Notes: generated by a model not told the origin, from the letters alone. DNA of 64,000 bases from Thermoplasmatota archaeon (GCA_018814355.1 JAHIZT010000033.1:943-64942); one strand, 5' to 3'; shown: positions 1-10,755, numbered from the stretch's first letter. Program-made: numbers and translations.

Positions 1-186
1 TTCACGGGGAACATGGACTTTGCCATCGCCATCAGGTCGATTGTCGTCTCAGGCAGCAAGGCGAGCATCCAGGCAGGCGCGGGCATAGTTGCGGATTCCG
101 TGCCAGAGAAGGAGTTCATGGAGACAGAGCACAAGATGGGGGCGATGCTCCGCGCGTTGTCTGGCGGCAGAGGAGGCAGCCGATGA
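1..186 (+). CDS. trpE: Anthranilate synthase component I, 3' end only (gene begins before the window)
   Basis: Frame 1 reads FTGNMDFAIAIRSIVV...QAGAGIVADSVPEKEFMETEHKMGAML, the chorismate-binding C-terminus. Its TGA overlaps the trpG ATG (ATGA). Confidence 0.93.
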   Translation, partial: FTGNMDFAIAIRSIVVSGSKASIQAGAGIVADSVPEKEFMETEHKMGAMLRALSGGRGGSR

Positions 187-758
187 CCAAGATACTCGTC
201 ATAGACAACTACGACTCATTCGTGTACAATATCGCCCAGTACCTCGGCGAGCTCGGTTCCGAGGTCCACGTCGTGAGGAACGATTCGCCCGCGCTGGACC
301 AGCACATCGGCAAGGTGGATGGCTATGTCGTATCGCCTGGTCCAGGGCACCCAAAGGACTCGAAGCGGAGCCTCGAGATTCTGTCGAACAACGGCTTCGG
401 CAGGCCCGTGCTCGGGGTCTGCCTGGGACACCAGGCGATCGCCCTGGTCAATGGCGGCTCGGTGATCAGATCCGGCCAGGTCGTCCACGGCAAGGTCAGC
501 AAGATATCGCACAACGGTGACCCTTTGTTCGAGGGAATCCCTTCGCCGTTCACGGCGACTCGCTATCATTCTCTCTTGGTGAGCCGAGAACGTCTTCCAG
601 GTTCTATCGAAATCCTTGCCACGACCGAAGGTGGCGAGATCATGGCGCTCAAGGTGAGGGGCATGGAAGTGTACGGCGTCCAGTTCCATCCTGAGTCCGT
701 CATGACGTCCCACGGCAAGGTCCTCCTGTCTAACTTCCTCAGGATGTGTGGGCGATGA
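183..758 (+). CDS. trpG: Anthranilate synthase component II (glutamine amidotransferase)
   Basis: IDNYDSF, SPGPG, GVCLGHQ, RYHSL and QFHPES motifs. Confidence 0.96.
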   Translation: MTKILVIDNYDSFVYNIAQYLGELGSEVHVVRNDSPALDQHIGKVDGYVVSPGPGHPKDSKRSLEILSNNGFGRPVLGVCLGHQAIALVNGGSVIRSGQVVHGKVSKISHNGDPLFEGIPSPFTATRYHSLLVSRERLPGSIEILATTEGGEIMALKVRGMEVYGVQFHPESVMTSHGKVLLSNFLRMCGR

Positions 759-2725
759 TCCAGGACGCCATAAGGAAGGCGGTTGACGGCGGCGACCTGA
801 CCGTCGAAGAATCAAGGTCCGTGATGACGGACTTGATATCCGGCGTTGCGACGCAGGCTCAGATAGCATCGTTTGCCACGGCTATGCGGATGAAGGGTGA
901 GACAGAGCAGGAACTCTTGGGGTTCGCGCTCGCAATGCGTGAGAGGGCAGAGAGGATAGAGGCTCCTGAAGGAGCGGTGGACCTCTGCGGGACCGGAGGA
1001 GATGGCTTCAATACTTTCAATATCAGCACTGTCTCATCGTTCGTGGTGGCCGCGGCGGGGGTTCCCGTCGCAAAGCACGGGAACAGGGCTGTCTCAAGCA
1101 GATCGGGTTCGGCGGACGTCCTCTCGGCTCTCGGAGTGGTCGTGGACATGGAACCCGTGCATGTTCGGAGATGCCTCGACGAAGTGGGTCTGTGTTTCAT
1201 GTTCGCTCCGATCTTCCACCCTTCTATGAAGCAAGTCTCCGCTGCAAGGAGGGAGATGGGCCTGAGGACTTTCTTCAACATTCTGGGTCCGATGACCAAT
1301 CCCGCGGGTGTGCGGAACCAGTTGATTGGAGTGTACGATCCGGAGTTGGCTCCGACGATGGCGAAGGTCCTCCTCGACTTGGGGACATCTCACGCGATGC
1401 TCGTCAACGGATCGGGAATGGACGAGATCACCACTCTCGGAACTACGCGGGTGGTCGAAGCGACGGGCGGAGACAACCATACCATTGTGGAATACGAGCT
1501 TTCTCCGGAGATGTTCGGCTTGGATGTCGCATGTCCCGAGGACATCAAGGGTGGGGATCCTCAGGAGAATGCCAGGATGATGTTGTCAGTCCTCAAGGGA
1601 AAGCCGTCACCAAGGTCGGACATAGTCGCCCTCAACGCTGGTGCCGCGCTATACGTCTCGGGGAGAGCCCACACAATCCACGCAGGCCTGGACATCGCTC
1701 GCGATATCCTTCGGAACGGCAGGGCGATGACCAAGCTAGAGGACTTCGCCCGAACGATGCGCAACCTCGAGCTCGAAAGACAGATGAGCCAGAACGCTGA
1801 CGGACTATGCGAGAGAAGGCTTCTCCCAGAGACCGTCGCTGGCAGGGCGGGCGAGATTGCTTCTGCTCTCACGAGGCGCATAATCAGCCAAGACGGCGGA
1901 GCGGGAGCGCTCGCCGTTCTCGACAAGGATGTCATCGAACGACCGAACATGCTCTCGGTGATACTGCTCAGGAGGACGCTGGCCCTCCTCACGAGCGGAG
2001 TGTCCGAGGTCCAGATAGTTCCCCACGAACCCAAGTCGTTGTCCCAGGCGATAACGTCATCTGAGGGCCTAGCATTGATTGCGGAATACAAACCATCTTC
2101 CCCGTCAGCTCCGCCATTGCTCATTCCACCGGACCCCGAGCGCATGTTGCACGTCTACGATGCGTCAGGAGTCCGCGGGCTATCAGTCCTGGTCGAGCCG
2201 GACTACTTCTCAGGCAGTCCGGAACTGTTCTCCTTCTTCAGAGCTAGGTCTTCCCTTCCGATGCTCTTCAAGGACTTCGTGGTGCGCCCTGAGCAGATCG
2301 AGTTGGCATCTCGGATAGGTGCGGACGCCGTGCTTCTGATCGCCAAAGCCTTGACGCCCGAAGCGCTCGGGGAGTTCGCAGATGCCTGCATATCCAGCAG
2401 CATTGAACCGTTGGTGGAGCTCCATGACGAGCAAGACCTCGCGAAGCTGGTCTCATCGGGATGCATGGATTCAGTCAAGATGGTGGGAGTCAACAGCAGA
2501 GACCTGAGATCTCTCAAGACTAATCTTGGTGCCTTGGAGGCTCTGAGGAGGGCAATACCCGACGACAAGGTGACGATAGCCGAGAGCGGGCTGCGGTCGC
2601 ATGAAGACATTTCCCTGGTCCGTGGATTCGACGCCGTCCTTGTGGGTTCCGCGTTCATGCAGACGGAAGATCTGGAGCGCAAGGTCTCGGAGATCGCAGG
2701 AGCGTGCAGAGGGGTGACCAGGTGA
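755..2725 (+). CDS. trpD: Anthranilate phosphoribosyltransferase fused to indole-3-glycerol-phosphate synthase (TrpD-TrpC)
   Basis: N-half has DLCGTGGDG, NISTVS, KHGNRAVSSRSGSADVL and GMDE. C-half has AEYKPSSPS, SVLVEP, FKDF, ADAVLLI, VELH, GVNSRDL and AESG. Start placed at ATG 755 (ATGA overlap with trpG). Confidence 0.93.
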   Translation: MIQDAIRKAVDGGDLTVEESRSVMTDLISGVATQAQIASFATAMRMKGETEQELLGFALAMRERAERIEAPEGAVDLCGTGGDGFNTFNISTVSSFVVAAAGVPVAKHGNRAVSSRSGSADVLSALGVVVDMEPVHVRRCLDEVGLCFMFAPIFHPSMKQVSAARREMGLRTFFNILGPMTNPAGVRNQLIGVYDPELAPTMAKVLLDLGTSHAMLVNGSGMDEITTLGTTRVVEATGGDNHTIVEYELSPEMFGLDVACPEDIKGGDPQENARMMLSVLKGKPSPRSDIVALNAGAALYVSGRAHTIHAGLDIARDILRNGRAMTKLEDFARTMRNLELERQMSQNADGLCERRLLPETVAGRAGEIASALTRRIISQDGGAGALAVLDKDVIERPNMLSVILLRRTLALLTSGVSEVQIVPHEPKSLSQAITSSEGLALIAEYKPSSPSAPPLLIPPDPERMLHVYDASGVRGLSVLVEPDYFSGSPELFSFFRARSSLPMLFKDFVVRPEQIELASRIGADAVLLIAKALTPEALGEFADACISSSIEPLVELHDEQDLAKLVSSGCMDSVKMVGVNSRDLRSLKTNLGALEALRRAIPDDKVTIAESGLRSHEDISLVRGFDAVLVGSAFMQTEDLERKVSEIAGACRGVTR

Positions 2726-3309
2726 AGGTCAAGATATGCGGCGTGACGAACCTCTCTGATGCGGTCATGTGCGAAGACATGGGAGCAGATGCGGTTGGGT
2801 TCGTTCACTTCCCAGGAAGGCTCCGGAGCATCCCTCTTGGGTTGATCTCTGAGATATGCTCGACCATGGGTCCTCTGACCACAAAGGTCCTGGTCTGTGC
2901 TCCTTCCGGGCAGGATCATGCCGTTGAGTTGGCAAGCAGTTGCGGGGTCGACGCCATCCAGCTTTACACCATGAGCCCCGAGCAGCTGAACGATATCCGG
3001 GAGACCGGTGTGAAGGTATTGCGCGTGATCAGGCCCGATAGATCTCTAGCACTTGAGTTCGTTGATTCCGTGGATGCGCTTGTGTTCGAGGGTGGAGAGC
3101 CTGGCATGGGGACACCCTACGACTACTCCAGTATTCCAGTGGACTGTTGTCCTAGGGCAATCATTGCGGGCGGCCTCAATCCAACGAACCTCAGTTTGGC
3201 AAAGGCCCTGCGCCCCTATGCCCTGGATGTGTCGAGCGGCGTCGAGCGCTCTCCTGGCAAGAAAGATCCCAATATGGTCTCCGAATTCGTGAGGAGGTGC
3301 AAGGAATGA
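2722..3309 (+). CDS. trpF: Phosphoribosylanthranilate isomerase
   Basis: [15 protein letters not shown] and DVSSGVE motifs; GTGA overlap with the upstream stop. Confidence 0.93.
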   Translation: MKVKICGVTNLSDAVMCEDMGADAVGFVHFPGRLRSIPLGLISEICSTMGPLTTKVLVCAPSGQDHAVELASSCGVDAIQLYTMSPEQLNDIRETGVKVLRVIRPDRSLALEFVDSVDALVFEGGEPGMGTPYDYSSIPVDCCPRAIIAGGLNPTNLSLAKALRPYALDVSSGVERSPGKKDPNMVSEFVRRCKE

Positions 3310-4484
3310 GACGCAAAGGTTACTTCGGCCTCTACGGTGGATTCTACGTCCCTGAGATACTCGTGACCGCCTTGGACCAGCTGGCGAACGAATACACGCG
3401 TCTTCGAAGAGACGGGGCATTCAATGATGAACTCAGCCATCTTCTGAGGACATATGCCGGCCGCCCGACCCCTCTCTACGAGTGCAAGAGGTTGAGTGAG
3501 AGAGCGGGTGGAGCAAGGCTGTTCCTCAAGAGGGAGGATCTTGCGCACACGGGTTCCCACAAGATCAACAATGCGCTCGGCCAGGTCCTGCTGGCCAGGT
3601 CGATGGGCAAGAAAAGGGTGATCGCTGAGACCGGTGCGGGACAGCATGGCGTCGCGACTGCCACTGCATGCGCCCTTCTCGGAATCGAGTGCGAGATATT
3701 CATGGGAGAGGTCGACGTCGCCAGGCAGAAACTGAACTGCTATCGAATGGAACTCCTGGGCGCAAAGGTCAACCCTGTGAAGACCGGGTCGAGGACCCTG
3801 AAGGATGCGATAAACGAAGCGCTGAGAGACTACGCGGCGACCAGCGATCATACGCACTACGTCATTGGGAGCGTCGTGGGCCCTCACCCGTATCCAACGA
3901 TCGTTAGGGACTTCCAGTCAATCATCGGGCGCGAGGCGAAATCACAGATACGCCGAGCAATCGGCAAGCTTCCGGACGCGTTGGTGGCCTGCGTCGGGGG
4001 AGGGAGCAACTCGATCGGCTTGTTCCATCCGTTCGTTAGGGACAAGCGGGTCGCGATGTACGGGGTCGAAGCTGGTGGGGAAGGCATCGATAGCGGCAAG
4101 CACTCGGCCAGCTTGGTTGCCGGCTCTGATGGTGTGCTGCACGGCTTCAGGACACTTGTTCTTCAGGATCCGGAGGGGCAGATCTCAGAGACTCATTCCA
4201 TCGCTGCAGGGCTCGACTACCCGGCTGTGGGTCCAGAACACGCCTTCTTCAAGGACAAAGGCCGCATCAAGTACGCGGCAGTCAACGATCAGGCCGCTCT
4301 TTCGGCGTTCCATTTGCTCTCCGAAACAGAAGGAATCATACCAGCGCTAGAGAGCGCTCATGCAGTCGCCTACACCGTCCGCCTTGCCAAGACCATGGAC
4401 AAGGACCAGACAATCATCGTCAATTTGTCGGGCAGGGGAGACAAGGACGTGAACCAGGTAGCCGAGCTGGAGGGGCGATTATGA
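3306..4484 (+). CDS. trpB: Tryptophan synthase beta chain
   Basis: [36 protein letters not shown] and NLSGRGDKD motifs. Confidence 0.97.
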   Translation: MRRKGYFGLYGGFYVPEILVTALDQLANEYTRLRRDGAFNDELSHLLRTYAGRPTPLYECKRLSERAGGARLFLKREDLAHTGSHKINNALGQVLLARSMGKKRVIAETGAGQHGVATATACALLGIECEIFMGEVDVARQKLNCYRMELLGAKVNPVKTGSRTLKDAINEALRDYAATSDHTHYVIGSVVGPHPYPTIVRDFQSIIGREAKSQIRRAIGKLPDALVACVGGGSNSIGLFHPFVRDKRVAMYGVEAGGEGIDSGKHSASLVAGSDGVLHGFRTLVLQDPEGQISETHSIAAGLDYPAVGPEHAFFKDKGRIKYAAVNDQAALSAFHLLSETEGIIPALESAHAVAYTVRLAKTMDKDQTIIVNLSGRGDKDVNQVAELEGRL

Positions 4485-5305
4485 GCAGGGTATCGGAGAG
4501 GTTCGAACGCCTTCGGCGGGAAGGTTCCGGAGCGTTCATACCGTATGTTTGCGCTGGAGATCCAGATTTCGATTTCACCCTTCGACAGATTGAGAGGCTC
4601 GCCAAGTCGGGTGCTGACATCTTCGAGATAGGGCTGCCGTTCTCGGATCCTATTGCCGACGGCCCAGTCATCCAAGGGGCGATGAACAGGTCTCTTTCAT
4701 CGGGTTTCAGGACGAAGGATGTGTTCGACTTGATATCGTTCTCTAGGATGCGGGGGGTCGATCAGCCCATGATTGTTATGACTTACTACAATCCGTTGCT
4801 GCGATTCGGAGTCGCGTCATTCTGCGAGAAACTGGCGGAAGCCGGTGGCGACGGTCTGCTCGTCGTGGACCTGCCACCGGAGGAATCGAAGGAGCTGGAT
4901 GGCGCTGCACGGACCAACGCCCTCGACGTTGTCAGACTGGTTGCGCCTTCGACTGCAGATTCCAGGCTCGACTTCATTCTGTCAAGAACCTCAGGGTTCG
5001 TTTACGCGGTGTCGGTCGCCGGGACCACGGGCGCAAGGATTCAGTTACCCGCATCGGCAGAAAGGCTCTTGGATAGGGTCACGGCCAGAAGCGGGATTCC
5101 CGTGGTTCTCGGATTCGGGGTATCGAGTCCAAGCCATGTCAGAGCTGCTCTATCCATGGGCGCTTCCGGGATCGTGGAGGGATCGAGATTGATATCGATC
5201 TATTCGGACAGTCTCAATGACAAGGACAAAGCCCTCGACCTGATCGAGAGCCATGCCAAGGAGATGAAGACCGCCACTCTGCTCACCGAACGGCACAACG
5301 GTTAA
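4481..5305 (+). CDS. trpA: Tryptophan synthase alpha chain
   Basis: [28 protein letters not shown] and GFGV motifs. Confidence 0.96.
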   Translation: MSRVSERFERLRREGSGAFIPYVCAGDPDFDFTLRQIERLAKSGADIFEIGLPFSDPIADGPVIQGAMNRSLSSGFRTKDVFDLISFSRMRGVDQPMIVMTYYNPLLRFGVASFCEKLAEAGGDGLLVVDLPPEESKELDGAARTNALDVVRLVAPSTADSRLDFILSRTSGFVYAVSVAGTTGARIQLPASAERLLDRVTARSGIPVVLGFGVSSPSHVRAALSMGASGIVEGSRLISIYSDSLNDKDKALDLIESHAKEMKTATLLTERHNG

Positions 5306-5347
5306 GTTTTCAGAGCGTGTGGAAGGTGCCAGGGTTGGAGAGGACTC

Positions 5348-6532
5348 ATGCCAATCGAGCGCTTGCCCGCTGAGGTCGAGAAGGATGTGCACGCGTGCCT
5401 TCAGTGCGGGTACTGTAACTTCGTGTGCCCTATCCAGCTGAACCCAGACAGAGGCTGGGAGTCTTGGCGCGTGCGCGGGAAGATGTATCATCTGAAGAGA
5501 TACGCTCACCCGGGCACGTTCGGCAGGCTCACGGGCGATCGTCCGAGGATGACTCCGGAGTTCGTCGAGAGGATCTACAACTGCACTGCCTGCGGCTATT
5601 GCCAGCACGTCTGTCATGCGGGCATCAAGTTCAACGACCGCTGGGAGCAGGTCAAGGAGTGGTTCGTCAAGACGGGCGTTGGTCCTATGGACAGGCACAA
5701 GGCCTTGAGGACGAGGGTGATCGCGAAGCACAACCCGTACGACGAACCGCACGAGAACAGGGAGAGCTGGATCCCGAAGACGGCGAAGCGGTCGAAGAAC
5801 CCCGAGGTGCTGTATTTCACGGGCTGCACGGCGAGCTACAGGCAGCAGAAGATCGCTCAGGACGCCACGAGGGTACTAGACGCCGCCGGGATCGAGTACG
5901 ATATGCTGGGCAAGGACGAATGGTGTTGCGGGTCCCCTTTGATTAGGACGGGACAGACGGACATAGTCACAGACGAGAAGGACGGCCTCGTGAAGCACAA
6001 CCTGAGGGAGTTCGAGAAGAGGAACATCAGCACGGTCGTCACCGCGTGCGCCGGCTGCTTCATGACGCTCAAGCACAACTACCCCATCTATGCTGGCAAA
6101 CTCGATTTCAAGCTGTTCCATCTTACGCAGTTCATAGACCAGCTCATCTCCGACAAGAAGCTCGCGCTCAAGAAACCACTGCCGAAGAAGGTGGCGTATC
6201 ACGATCCTTGCCATATAGGCCGCCACCATGGAATATTCGAGGAGCCCAGGCGGATACTCAAGGCGTTCCCGAAGTCCAAGTACATGGAACTCCCGCACAA
6301 CAGGAACGACTCGCAATGCTGCGGCGCGGGCGGAGGTTTCAAGATTCAGTTCAACGACCGCGCGGAGTACATCGCGTCCCTTAGGGTCAAGGAGGCCCAC
6401 GATGTCGGTGCCGAGATGCTCGTCTCTGCGTGTCCGTTCTGCGTGACCAACCTTACGGGAGGGGCGAAGGTGTCCGGGCTCAAGATGGAGATCGCGGAGC
6501 TCGTCTCTCTCGTGGCAGATTCGGTGAGCTGA
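5348..6532 (+). CDS. Fe-S oxidoreductase, HdrD/GlpC/GlcF-like (two 4Fe-4S motifs and two CCG domains)
   Basis: CLQCGYCNFVCP, CTACGYCQHVC, YFTGC..WCCG..TACAGC and YHDPC..CCGAGGG..SACPFC. Confidence 0.88.
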   Translation: MPIERLPAEVEKDVHACLQCGYCNFVCPIQLNPDRGWESWRVRGKMYHLKRYAHPGTFGRLTGDRPRMTPEFVERIYNCTACGYCQHVCHAGIKFNDRWEQVKEWFVKTGVGPMDRHKALRTRVIAKHNPYDEPHENRESWIPKTAKRSKNPEVLYFTGCTASYRQQKIAQDATRVLDAAGIEYDMLGKDEWCCGSPLIRTGQTDIVTDEKDGLVKHNLREFEKRNISTVVTACAGCFMTLKHNYPIYAGKLDFKLFHLTQFIDQLISDKKLALKKPLPKKVAYHDPCHIGRHHGIFEEPRRILKAFPKSKYMELPHNRNDSQCCGAGGGFKIQFNDRAEYIASLRVKEAHDVGAEMLVSACPFCVTNLTGGAKVSGLKMEIAELVSLVADSVS

Positions 6533-6589
6533 GGACCCCCCGCTGGGAACCTATATATCGTGCACCTGCCCTTTTTCCGACCGTTCCAA

Positions 6590-7639
6590 ATGCGTTCTCT
6601 GCCGTTGTTCAAGTTCGGGTCCAGGGCGAGGTCCACTAGCTGGGGCATCGCCGTGTGCACCATGTTCATAGTCGCCAGCTTCTCTGTAGCGGGCGGTCTC
6701 AGAACCTCGATGGACACGCTGAAGGACAACTTCACTGAGGGCACCTTCCTGGCGACGAAGCCCGGAGCCTCGGGGCCTGAGTTCTTCAGCGAGATGTCGG
6801 TCTACGAGGTAGCACGGAATTCAGCAGTGGGCATACTCGCCGATGTCGTCGTCGCTCCATACGGGACGCAAGTCATGGCGTTCGCCGTATCCGGCAATCC
6901 GAACGCGCTGCCAGAGCAGTTCTACGTCACGGGGACAGACGCCATGAGGGGAGACGGGTTCCCGTTCGTGGGCAACATAACTTTGCAGGACCAGACCAGC
7001 ATCGATGTCAGCATAGTCGGCGGATATTCTTCCACCGTGTTCCCGTCCAACTGGCTCCTTTGCAGTGTCGGGACGCTCCAGACGCTCACCGGCCACGCGG
7101 ACATGTTCAACTTCATGGTGGTCAAGGAGCCATCTCCAGCCGACCGGGCCTATCTCGAGGACCGCGGTTTCTCGCTCCAGCCACTGACCAGCATCGTGGA
7201 ATTCCTGGACTCAGGCGTCCGCGAGATCGAGTCCGATGCGTTCTGGGTCCTCATCCCTTCCTCGTTCGTGATAGCCGTCCTTGCGTACGCGTTCATCGGG
7301 ATTGAGACCTCCGACAGAAGGCACGATATCGGGATCATCAAGACCGTTGGAGCCGGCAGGCGGCGAGTGCTGTCATACCTGCTTCTGAACGCTTTGGTGA
7401 TCAGCGCCTGGGGAGGCCTTGTCGGGATCGCGCTCGGCGTCGTGCTGTCTTACGGCATCTCTACCGTCGCGTCGTCTCTCTTCACATCGGTCTTCGTGGT
7501 CAAGGCGAGCGGGTCCGTCATCCTGATCTCATTTGTTGCAACCGCGGGGGCAGGCCTCGTCGGCGCCCTCGGCCCTGCAGTCAAGATGACTCTGACATCG
7601 CCTGTAGACGACCTCAAGGAGGTGACACGATCATCCTGA
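6590..7639 (+). CDS. FtsX/MacB-like ABC permease (small)
   Basis: N-terminal TM, soluble domain, then RRHDIGIIKTVGAGRRRV and three TMs. TATA-like CTATATAT near 6551 favours ATG 6590. Confidence 0.8.
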   Translation: MRSLPLFKFGSRARSTSWGIAVCTMFIVASFSVAGGLRTSMDTLKDNFTEGTFLATKPGASGPEFFSEMSVYEVARNSAVGILADVVVAPYGTQVMAFAVSGNPNALPEQFYVTGTDAMRGDGFPFVGNITLQDQTSIDVSIVGGYSSTVFPSNWLLCSVGTLQTLTGHADMFNFMVVKEPSPADRAYLEDRGFSLQPLTSIVEFLDSGVREIESDAFWVLIPSSFVIAVLAYAFIGIETSDRRHDIGIIKTVGAGRRRVLSYLLLNALVISAWGGLVGIALGVVLSYGISTVASSLFTSVFVVKASGSVILISFVATAGAGLVGALGPAVKMTLTSPVDDLKEVTRSS

Positions 7640-7653
7640 TACGACCGAGGGCG

Positions 7654-9651
7654 ATGATCGTCGTTGCCCTTTCCATGCTGATCTTCACCTCGACGGCTTC
7701 CATCTTGGCGGGGCTGCAGTCTGCTCCGTCGTCCTTCGCCGCTGGTGATAGTGTGGTCATATCTGAGTCGTCGGCCCCGACCATCTTCTCAAGCCAAGTC
7801 GACATGGACATAATCTCGGCGCTCGATTCATGGTCCCATCCGGTCAATCTCAGCCCGGAGGTCTTTGCGTTCTCCTCATGGGACGGCAAATCGTTCGTCC
7901 TTAGGGGCGTCGATTTGGACCGGTTCAACTCGACGGGCCCGGCCTTCACACGATTCGAGGTCCTCGGAGACCAATCTCCGAAGGACGAATCCAACGCCAT
8001 TATCGGGGCGCGTCTGCTCGAACGGCTTCGGATCACGCTGCCGTTCACGCTGTCCCTCGTGGGGAGTTACTCGGACAGGCTGGATTTCGTGCGTATAGTC
8101 GGCTCGTTCGAGACCCACACCTCGTTGGATGACGAGCTGCTCGTCTCCTTAGAAGTCGCAAGGCATTTGTCCGGCATGCCTGCGGACAAGGCGTCCATCA
8201 TCAGAGCCAGCACAATCTATCAGAAGGAGCTCAGGGAGCTGCTGTCCCCGGGCCGTGCCAGGTTCGTCCTCTACGACCTCTGGCAGTCAAAGAGCATTGT
8301 CGCCTTGAACGATTCTATCCAGGTGACGGTTGGACTTCGCAACTGGGGCAGAGCCACAGGCAATGTCACAGTCACATTCAGTGACATCGACGGCGTCCGG
8401 GACCGGGCTGATGTATTTCTGGAAGGGCTCGCGTCGACCACTCTTCGCAGGGACTTCTCTTTCGATCAGCCCTCAGACGATCAACGCATCCAGGTTTCCC
8501 TGAGCGGCGACTTCTCCTTGGACTTGTATGCATTCTTCCGCGTCGTCGAGCCGTTCCTCGTCGTGTCAGCGCGGTCCGTCGCGGTCCTCGGCTCGGAGAT
8601 CGAAGTCAAGGTGACCGATTTCAGGGGGGAACCCGTCCCGAACGCGACCGTCCGGTTCCAGGCGGAGAGTTCGTTCACGGACTCGAGCGGCCGCACGGCC
8701 GTCAACGCGACTCAGGCGGGGTCCTCAGAGCTCACAGCTTCGTACGCGGGGTACGCTCAGGGGTCGGTCGTCGTCCAGGTGCTTGACCCGGCCTCTGTGG
8801 TCCAGGCCTTCCTGCCAAGGGTGAGCTCGCTCAGGGTCAGCCCGTCAAGCATCCTTCAATCGGAGGATGCCAAGGGGACTGTTGTGGTCGTGAACGAAGG
8901 CAATCTGTCAGGGATCTTCGAGACGAACGTGTACGTGGACGGCAGGCCCTACAAGACCCTCAACGTCTCTCTCGGACCCCTTGAGAGCGTGATCGAGACG
9001 GTCTACTTGACGGGTCAACCGGTGGGCGGGCATGTGGTCCAGGTGGGCTCGTATGCCGAGTCCTTCTACGTGACCCCGTGGTACGCCGACAACAGCGGCC
9101 TGGTAAGGCTAATCCTGAGATATGGAGGATCGACCTCCGTGTCATCTGCAGGCTCGATCCCGATATATCAGGCCGCGAAGATTTCCGAGGGCAATGTCGC
9201 CGTGACCCTGTTCTCCGTCGGGGCGATATCGGCGTTGCTCGCGGGCCTCGCGATCACCGCCGTCTTCTCGAAGGAGGTGAGGGAGAGTAGGCGCAGGTTG
9301 GGGGTGCTGAAGACGATAGGGGCTCCGAGGGAAGCCATCAGGCGCATTGTCTTCCACCAGGCGCTCGAGGCGGGCCTCGGAGGTGCGGCCGTCGGTGTGG
9401 CGCTTGGGATCATCCTCGTCGACAGGCTCTCCTCATCAGGCACATTCATGCTGTTCGGACACGGGCTCAGGGTCGACATCGACACGACGCTCATGCTTCT
9501 GATCATGCTGAGCGCAGTCCTGATCAGCGTGTTCAGCGCCATGGCCTCGACGATGCAGGCCGTTCGCGAGACCACGATCAGCTCGATAAGGTCGCTAGCG
9601 GAGGAGCCGTCAGGACAGGTCGAGGTGGACGATCTGTTACGTGACGACTGA
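7654..9651 (+). CDS. FtsX/MacB-like ABC permease with inserted Ig/CARDB-like extracellular domains
   Basis: C-terminal ESRRRLGVLKTIGAP and TMs; beta-rich inserts (VTVGLRNWG..GNVTVTF, VKVTDFRGEPVPNATV, VVVVNEG). Confidence 0.78.
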   Translation: MIVVALSMLIFTSTASILAGLQSAPSSFAAGDSVVISESSAPTIFSSQVDMDIISALDSWSHPVNLSPEVFAFSSWDGKSFVLRGVDLDRFNSTGPAFTRFEVLGDQSPKDESNAIIGARLLERLRITLPFTLSLVGSYSDRLDFVRIVGSFETHTSLDDELLVSLEVARHLSGMPADKASIIRASTIYQKELRELLSPGRARFVLYDLWQSKSIVALNDSIQVTVGLRNWGRATGNVTVTFSDIDGVRDRADVFLEGLASTTLRRDFSFDQPSDDQRIQVSLSGDFSLDLYAFFRVVEPFLVVSARSVAVLGSEIEVKVTDFRGEPVPNATVRFQAESSFTDSSGRTAVNATQAGSSELTASYAGYAQGSVVVQVLDPASVVQAFLPRVSSLRVSPSSILQSEDAKGTVVVVNEGNLSGIFETNVYVDGRPYKTLNVSLGPLESVIETVYLTGQPVGGHVVQVGSYAESFYVTPWYADNSGLVRLILRYGGSTSVSSAGSIPIYQAAKISEGNVAVTLFSVGAISALLAGLAITAVFSKEVRESRRRLGVLKTIGAPREAIRRIVFHQALEAGLGGAAVGVALGIILVDRLSSSGTFMLFGHGLRVDIDTTLMLLIMLSAVLISVFSAMASTMQAVRETTISSIRSLAEEPSGQVEVDDLLRDD

Positions 9652-10527
9652 TTCGGGCGGCCATACCTCGATCCACAAGTGCAGGTTGCCGTACAGGGTG
9701 GGCGGCTGAGCGTCCTCCTGGATGTATAGGTCAAAATCGAGCCTGAAATAGCCACTCTCTGTGAAATGCATCTCAACTGTCTGGTTCCAGGTTTCTCCCT
9801 TATTCATTATCTTCATGAACGTCTGAGTTCCAAAGGCCGGGGTGCCCATGCCGTAGGCGACGAGCGTGAAGTTCCTGTGGCCGTCCTCCCCGTTCTTCAT
9901 GTGGAGGACAAAACTGACATTGGTCCCTTGGGTGAAGCTCGTGTTCTCGATTATCATGCCCTCGACGTCCGTTATCGCGAAGTACGTCCGGGAGGGGTAT
10001 TCGGCCGTTATTATGAGGCCTAGCGAGATCGCCGAGACGGCTAGGGCCGTTACGAGCATCGCAGCCACAACGATATCCGGCTTCGCCTTCTCCGGCTCGC
10101 GCTTCGGGAGCTGCTGGGGTTTCTATACCCTGCCCCCTGTCAAAACGAAAGTCTCTAGGGTGACGGCGGCGAGGGTGAACAGTATCAACGAGGCCCGCGT
10201 GGAGTTGGATGTGAGACCGATTGGTGTGAGCACGAGCATCAAGCCAAGGAATATCACGACCAGTATGCTCAGACCCAGGCTCAGGACGAATTTCGCCTCT
10301 GGCGAAGTACCCTTCCAGAAGAACATCCTGACGACTGTGAACCCAGGCACGAAGAACATGAACGGGATGCCGAAAGCATAGGCGGCGATGGTGTTCGGGA
10401 AGGCGAGCAATGCGACGGTCGCGATCAGCGAGAAGACGATTATCGTCATCCTCTGGCCGTTGTCAGTCCTGACGAACTCGAGGGCTCTTTCATAGTAGCC
10501 AGAGGAGGCCTCGTCAGCCGGACTCAT
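9637..10527 (-). CDS. DUF1616-like membrane protein, apparently one 296-codon gene interrupted by a single in-frame TAG at 10123-10125
   Basis: ORFs 10123-10527 and 9637-10068 share a frame. The 54 nt between them are open (KPQQLPKREPEKAKPDIV). N-half has FFVPGF..KFVLSLGLSI; C-half has a TM plus an Ig-like domain. Confidence 0.72.
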
Positions 10528-10755
10528 CCCTCGGTAGAAACGACTCCGGGCTATTAGCGTTTGCGTCGGTGCACTCCCACCGAGCCAGTACCAGGCAAGA
10601 GACTCCAGAAACGCAATTCAGATATAGCCTTTTCACTATGCGCCTTTCTCAAGTCAGTACTCATCGTAGGAATGTTTTTAAACGGTCAATCCAATGTTGA
10701 ACTCTAATCCAGCTTAGCATGAGTACTCCCATAGTTGAAAGGGGTGTGCACTGAG

